Assembly (NCBI GenBank): GCA_965249725.1
Contig: CBDFMQ010000001.1
Coordinates: 192,001-256,000 of the forward strand
DNA length: 64,000 nt
Reading direction: 5' to 3'
Origin: Longimicrobiales bacterium
Lineage (GTDB): Bacteria > Gemmatimonadota > Gemmatimonadetes > Longimicrobiales > Gaopeijiaceae
Below, piece after piece: positions 59,266-64,000 of this stretch (within the stretch, counting starts at the first letter, position 1; the number at the start of each line of letters is the position of its first letter). Position numbers and translations under genes: made by a program. The notes under the pieces are model-generated. The model did no database searches. It saw only the letters and a list, made by a program, of their open reading frames with translations, and had not been told where the DNA came from.

Positions 59266-59811
59266 ATGCAGAGACCCCTAGGTCCGTCCGCGTTGGCCCT
59301 GAGCCTGGCCGTACTGTTGTTGGGTACGTCCGTCGCACCCGAGCCGGTAACGGCCCAGCACCAGCACCCGTCACCCTATGCAGGTCACGAAGCCATGGAG
59401 ATCTCCTCGCTCAGTCCGGATGAACTCCGAGAGCTACGGACGGGGGAGGGCATGGGATTGGCCCGGGCGGCCGAACTCAATCACTTCCCGGGTCCCAAGC
59501 ACGCGCTCGAGCTCCAGGCCGAACTGGCGCTTTCCTCCGACCAGGTGGGAGGTCTCACTGAGATCAGGCGCGTCACGCTCGAGCAGGCCATCGAGATGGG
59601 CGAGGAGATCATCACTGCCGAGCGCGAACTAACCGAGCTGTTTCGAGGAGGCACGCCCGACGATTCGGGTGTCACGACACTCACGGCCAGGCTGGGGGCG
59701 ATGTACGGTGAGCTGAGAGCCGTTCACCTGATCGCACACCTGCGCACGGTCGAGCTGATGACACCGGAGCAGGTCGGCGACTATGACCGGCTGAGAGGTT
59801 ATGTGAGGTAG
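59266..59811 (+). CDS. Periplasmic Spy/CpxP-like (LTXXQ) protein
   Basis: Signal peptide; SPYAG, GMGLARAAELNHFPGP, MTPEQ. Confidence 0.78.
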   Translation: MQRPLGPSALALSLAVLLLGTSVAPEPVTAQHQHPSPYAGHEAMEISSLSPDELRELRTGEGMGLARAAELNHFPGPKHALELQAELALSSDQVGGLTEIRRVTLEQAIEMGEEIITAERELTELFRGGTPDDSGVTTLTARLGAMYGELRAVHLIAHLRTVELMTPEQVGDYDRLRGYVR

Positions 59812-59846
59812 GACGGGATCTCAGGCCATCCGCACGGACCAGACGT

Positions 59847-59877
59847 AAGGGGGCCCCGATCTCGGGGTCCCCTTCTT
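59847..59877 (+). terminator. Probable intrinsic terminator between convergent genes
   Basis: AAGGGGGCCCCGA-tc-TCGGGGTCCCCTT. Confidence 0.65.
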
Positions 59878-59924
59878 CACCGCGGTCTTAGACCGCGAGA
59901 GGCCGTCTGGTCTAGTTCAAGCGA

Positions 59925-60485
59925 TCAACCGGGCCACAGCCATCCGAACACCCCTGCCGTCAGGAGCGAGTAGATGAGCCCGTCGAACATCGACTTGAAC
60001 GTGGCGCCCCAATTCTTGTGGTACCAAATCGAATTCTGAGGCAGTCCCAGAGCATATCCCACGAACGCGACGCTCCCGACGTAGCGGAACACTACCAGGT
60101 AGTCTTCGCCGGGCTGGACGGCGTTGCCGGCCACATAGGCGGCAAAGATCCCGATGACGATGCAGTAGATGAACCACTGCGTCAGGTACTTGCCCATGGC
60201 CGGGACGCCGTTCGCCACAACGGTCAACATGGCGTTGGGACCCTGGTTTGCCTTCTCGATCCACTCCGGATCACTCATGGCCTTGGCGGTTCCCGCGTAC
60301 GGGATGTGGTAGTCTCCCGGAGCGATGTTCGCGCCGCGCAACGCCTCCCGTACGCTGTCCTCCGAGGGTACCTGGCCGTAATCGCTCTGGTGATAGGTCA
60401 TGAACATGTGGAGGATCGAGCTGGCGATGAACACGATCACAGCCGACAGCAGGATGGGAATCCAGAGTGACATCAAGGGGACCAT
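59925..60485 (-). CDS. Conserved hypothetical membrane protein
   Basis: LWIPILLSAV...SSILHM...DGLIY..FGWLWP; AGGAG RBS. Confidence 0.8.
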   Translation of the reverse strand: MVPLMSLWIPILLSAVIVFIASSILHMFMTYHQSDYGQVPSEDSVREALRGANIAPGDYHIPYAGTAKAMSDPEWIEKANQGPNAMLTVVANGVPAMGKYLTQWFIYCIVIGIFAAYVAGNAVQPGEDYLVVFRYVGSVAFVGYALGLPQNSIWYHKNWGATFKSMFDGLIYSLLTAGVFGWLWPG

Positions 60486-60594
60486 AGTGAGCTCCTGGAA
60501 TTGGCGAGAATGCCCCGGCACTTGCCCGTCACGTCGGTAGGCAAGGTGTGAGGGGCCCCCGTCAATCGCAAGAAAACCGGCCCCTCCCCGACGG

Positions 60595-61293
60595 TCAGGG
60601 GGTGGGCGCTGTGAGAGTGAAGGATTCTCCCTGCTCCATCACTTGGGCGTCGAAACACCCGCGCGTTCCTTCCCCTTCAGCTTGATGATACAGCACGATT
60701 CTCTCAGCGTCGATTTCACGTCCGAACGCCCCGGCGGTACAACCGAGCCAGGGAGTCACGAACGCGACCTTCAGCTTGGGGACGGAGAGGAGATGGCCCG
60801 GATTCTCGGTGTCCCCGACGAAGTAGAAACGCAGACCGTGCCACGTGACGAGATAGGAGTAGTGCTCCACGTCGCTGTGTGCGGTCCGGTGCGGCCGGAC
60901 CGTGAACGCCCCGACCTCGATGGCCTCACTCATCACGACTACGCGGCCAGCCGGCAGCCGCGCGGTGACCTCGACCGGTCCGATGATGTCCCAATCCCGC
61001 TCGAGGAACAGCGCTTCGTCGAAGTGGTCCGCGTGACGATGGGTGATCAACGAGACGACCCGCCCCTGTGGATCCAAGGTTCCGGGGTCGTACTGCATGT
61101 AGTTGAACGCGCCCGGCTGATACGGAAGATCGGTGAGGATGGTGGTCTCACCGTCGGAGAGCTCGAAGCCTTCGTTGCCGATGAAACGGATCTGGAGCGC
61201 CGCCACCTGAGGGGCCGGGCTTGATGCGGTCGCGTGGAGATCGGCCTGTGAAAGAGTGACCAGCGCGAAAACGGTGACCGCGATCGGGCTCAC
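60595..61293 (-). CDS. Metallo-beta-lactamase-fold hydrolase, secreted
   Basis: THRHADH motif; GDT. Confidence 0.82.
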   Translation of the reverse strand: MSPIAVTVFALVTLSQADLHATASSPAPQVAALQIRFIGNEGFELSDGETTILTDLPYQPGAFNYMQYDPGTLDPQGRVVSLITHRHADHFDEALFLERDWDIIGPVEVTARLPAGRVVVMSEAIEVGAFTVRPHRTAHSDVEHYSYLVTWHGLRFYFVGDTENPGHLLSVPKLKVAFVTPWLGCTAGAFGREIDAERIVLYHQAEGEGTRGCFDAQVMEQGESFTLTAPTP

Positions 61294-61450
61294 CTAGATG
61301 GCTCCACCGTTCGGTTCATAGGCGCAGAACGGATTGGTCGTAGACGTAGCCGGGAATGCGAGACCTCACCAAAGAGGCCTTGGAGGCAGGCCCCGGGTGA
61401 CCTAATGCCGGTGCTGACGGATGCACGTGGTTCTCCGATGCAGAGAGCTT

Positions 61451-62365
61451 TCAGCTCTGTTCTCGTGTGAGGATCTGATACCCGCTCGTTGCGGTTTCCT
61501 GAGCGTACAGCTCTGACAGGCGTTTGGTCATGGGCCCGGTTTCCCCAGTGCCGATGGTGCGTCCGTCCAACGTATTGACCGCGACCAGTTCTCCCATGGT
61601 TCCCGAGCAGAACATCTCGTCAGCAGCGTAGGCTTCGGTGAGTGAGACCCCTCGGACCTCGTGCTCGATCCCGTTGGCAGCACAGAGGTCCAGAATCGTC
61701 TGGCGGGTGATCCCCTCGGGGCAGGCATCCGTGGTGCTCGTGAAGACCCGATCCCGTCGTGCGAAGAACACGTGCGTCCCGTGTGCTTCGGCGATGAACC
61801 CTTGCCGGTCGAGCAGTAGGGCCTGGTCGGCGCCTGCGTGATTGGCCTCGATCTTGGCGAGAATCGACTGGAGCAGGTTGTTGTGATGGATCTTCGGGTC
61901 CAGGCAGTCGGGCGGGAATCGGCGCACGGAGCTCGTGATGAACGACAGGCCACCTCGGTCGTACACCGGGGGTTTGAACTCGGGCAGCACGATGAGCGTC
62001 GGGCCCGACTGGTTCAAGCGGGGGTCCATCCCGGACGTGACCTTCACGCCACGCGTCAGTGTGAGGCGCACGTGCACACCGTCGACCATGTCGTTGGCCT
62101 CGAGCGTGCGACGGATCTCGTGGATGATCTCCTCGTGAGAGGGGATCTCGGTGAACGCCAGGGCCTTGGCAGAGTCCCTGAGTCGGTCCAGGTGCTCGAT
62201 CAGCCGAAAGATGCGTCCTTGATAGAGCCGGAGGCCTTCCCAAACGCCGTCGCCGCCCTGGACGACGCTGTCGAACGGGCTGACTCCGGCCTGATCGCGA
62301 TGGACGAGTTCACCGTCGATGTTGACGATGAGATCGCGGTTCCGTTCATCATACTTCTGAAGGAT
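61451..62365 (-). CDS. Aminotransferase class IV (branched-chain/D-amino-acid type); start codon anomalous
   Basis: GDGVWEG, HLDRL, KIHHNN (PLP lysine), EGITR, GTMGE. Confidence 0.9.
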   Translation of the reverse strand: MLQKYDERNRDLIVNIDGELVHRDQAGVSPFDSVVQGGDGVWEGLRLYQGRIFRLIEHLDRLRDSAKALAFTEIPSHEEIIHEIRRTLEANDMVDGVHVRLTLTRGVKVTSGMDPRLNQSGPTLIVLPEFKPPVYDRGGLSFITSSVRRFPPDCLDPKIHHNNLLQSILAKIEANHAGADQALLLDRQGFIAEAHGTHVFFARRDRVFTSTTDACPEGITRQTILDLCAANGIEHEVRGVSLTEAYAADEMFCSGTMGELVAVNTLDGRTIGTGETGPMTKRLSELYAQETATSGYQILTREQS

Positions 62366-63719
62366 GATCCCTCCTCTTCTTCGAAAGCCAGAACAAGCTA
62401 ATCGGGAGTCCGCTGGCAACGAAGGCGAAGTCGATCAACGATTTTTCCCACTCGAAGATCGCACGAAGAACCAGCAGTCCCACGATCCCGATCAGGTAGA
62501 TGGACGGGAGCAGGGGATAGAACGGCATCTTGAACGCACCCTCACTGCCCACCTCGTTTCGACGCAGCTTGAACAAGGCCAGCGTCGTCATGGTGTAGAA
62601 GATGAGGATGGCGAAGACCATGCCCGCGGCAATGGCCTCGAACGAGCCCCGAACCACGAGGATCACCGAAGCCCACAGGCAGTGGACGATGATCGCACGT
62701 GACGGCGTTCGGAACGTCGGATGCACGTGATCCAACCAGCGGAAGAACAGTCCATCACGGGCCATCGCGAAGTAGACACGTGTGGCCGACATCATCGTCC
62801 CGTTGATGCTCCCAATGGCTGAGACGATGGCCATGACGGCTACGATGCTCGCACCCACCGCACCGACCATGATCGTCGCCACGTCGGCGGCAGGCGTGAC
62901 GGTGGTCTGCATGCCCTCCATGCCGAGCGTGTAGTGATACACGGTGATGACGGACCAATAGATGCCGAGGACGGTTCCGATTCCGAACAACATGGCGCGG
63001 GGAATCACCCTGCTCGGGTCCTTCATCTCGCCGGCCACGTAGCCGACTCGGTCATAACCGGTGTGGGTGAAGATGATCAACATCAGGGCGGCGATGAGAT
63101 TGCCCGCCGGGCCCAGGCCGGTGGTGGGTGCCGCCTGAGTCCCGAGCAGGTCGGGTACGCCGCTCATGAGCGCCACTCCCACGGCGGCGAAGAGCACCAG
63201 GAAGCCGACCTTGATGACCGTGGTGATCTTCTGGAACATGCTCGCCCACTTGATGCCCACGTAGTTGAAGACTCCCAGGCCCGCGATGATGCTCAGGGCC
63301 ACGGCCGTGTGTCCTCGCGGGCTGAGATCCGTGAGCACACCTACGTAATCCGAGGCGACCAGGGCGAGTCCCGCGGCAGGACTCGTTCGGATGATGAAGA
63401 GCTGGGCCCAGCCGAACATGAATCCGGCGAAGGGGCCGAAGCAGCGGGTGATGTAGACGTACTCACCGCCGGTGGCGGGGAGCCGGGTGCCCAACTCGGC
63501 GTAGATGAGCCCCCCGATCATCGCGAACAGCCCCACCGCGACCCACACCGTCATCACGGCCGAGAACGAGTCGAAATACACCGAGACGAGGGCCGGGGTC
63601 GTGTAGATCCCGGATCCGATCACGATCCCGACGAGGAGTGCGATGCCGTCGAAGGTCCCCAGCGTTCGCCGAAGCTCGGGTTGCGCGGCGTGAGCCCCCT
63701 CGGTGGTCGCGCCGCTCAC
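62349..63719 (-). CDS. APC-family amino acid permease
   Basis: GIVIGSGIY, AELG, GGEY, AGEMKDP, MARDG. Confidence 0.92.
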   Translation of the reverse strand: MSGATTEGAHAAQPELRRTLGTFDGIALLVGIVIGSGIYTTPALVSVYFDSFSAVMTVWVAVGLFAMIGGLIYAELGTRLPATGGEYVYITRCFGPFAGFMFGWAQLFIIRTSPAAGLALVASDYVGVLTDLSPRGHTAVALSIIAGLGVFNYVGIKWASMFQKITTVIKVGFLVLFAAVGVALMSGVPDLLGTQAAPTTGLGPAGNLIAALMLIIFTHTGYDRVGYVAGEMKDPSRVIPRAMLFGIGTVLGIYWSVITVYHYTLGMEGMQTTVTPAADVATIMVGAVGASIVAVMAIVSAIGSINGTMMSATRVYFAMARDGLFFRWLDHVHPTFRTPSRAIIVHCLWASVILVVRGSFEAIAAGMVFAILIFYTMTTLALFKLRRNEVGSEGAFKMPFYPLLPSIYLIGIVGLLVLRAIFEWEKSLIDFAFVASGLPISLFWLSKKRRDHPSEV

Positions 63720-64000
63720 TCGATCCGTCCGCTCGCTCGAAGGACCGCCGGTAGCTCTGCAACGGATCCGATGATCGCATCGTGAGGCGCCGACCGGAGC
63801 ATTTCCTCGGTATGGGCTCCTGAAAGCACGCCCACGGCCAACCCGACTCCGGCTCGTTGCGCTGCCTGCAGGTCGGCGGTGGTGTCGCCGACCGCTACGA
63901 CACGCGCCACGTTCTGGGTATTCGTTCTGTGCATGGCTTCGAGTATCAAGTCGGGTTCGGGTCGGCCGTGCTCCACGTCATCGTCGCAGACGACGGCGTC
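63716..64000 (-). CDS. HAD-family phosphonatase-like hydrolase (5'-truncated by window edge)
   Basis: DDVEHGRPEPDLI, VGDTTAD, GVLSGAH. Confidence 0.82.
   Translation of the reverse strand, partial: DAVVCDDDVEHGRPEPDLILEAMHRTNTQNVARVVAVGDTTADLQAAQRAGVGLAVGVLSGAHTEEMLRSAPHDAIIGSVAELPAVLRASGRIE

Overview
A 64-kb, GC-rich (roughly 65% by eye), gene-dense bacterial chromosomal window. The gene content suggests Gemmatimonadota; this is an inference from SusC/SusD, PadR+ADOP permease, receptor-like Ser/Thr kinases, DUF222-HNH and FG-GAP lipoproteins. From left to right: the end of an arginine-deiminase operon (arcB, arcC); a ROK kinase and an acyltransferase; a minus-strand cluster (BtuF-like, TSUP, frameshifted dcyD, YfcC); a CAZyme-free SusC/SusD locus with three His-rich LVIVD beta-propeller paralogs, an OMP, PnuC and a cupin; NhaC; an FG-GAP lipoprotein with a choice-of-anchor-B-like gene remnant; a Nal1-like serine protease followed by a stand-alone copy of its own N-terminal domain; S9 peptidase and cyclophilin; PadR/ADOP with phased operator-like repeats; DUF222-HNH; DppA; a kinase signalling island flanked by two paralogous membrane proteins; two cold-shock genes whose long 5' leaders share a multi-hairpin structure; mmuM, a pilin, pheA, EamA, CRTAC1-like, TauD, Crp, an aminotransferase IV, an APC permease and a HAD hydrolase. 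No rRNA, tRNA, CRISPR array or IS transposase was recognised. The best novelty candidates are the SusCD-LVIVD locus, the conserved csp leader RNA, the protease plus free pro-domain pair, and the atypical kinase island. All calls are by eye; no searches or folding programs were run.
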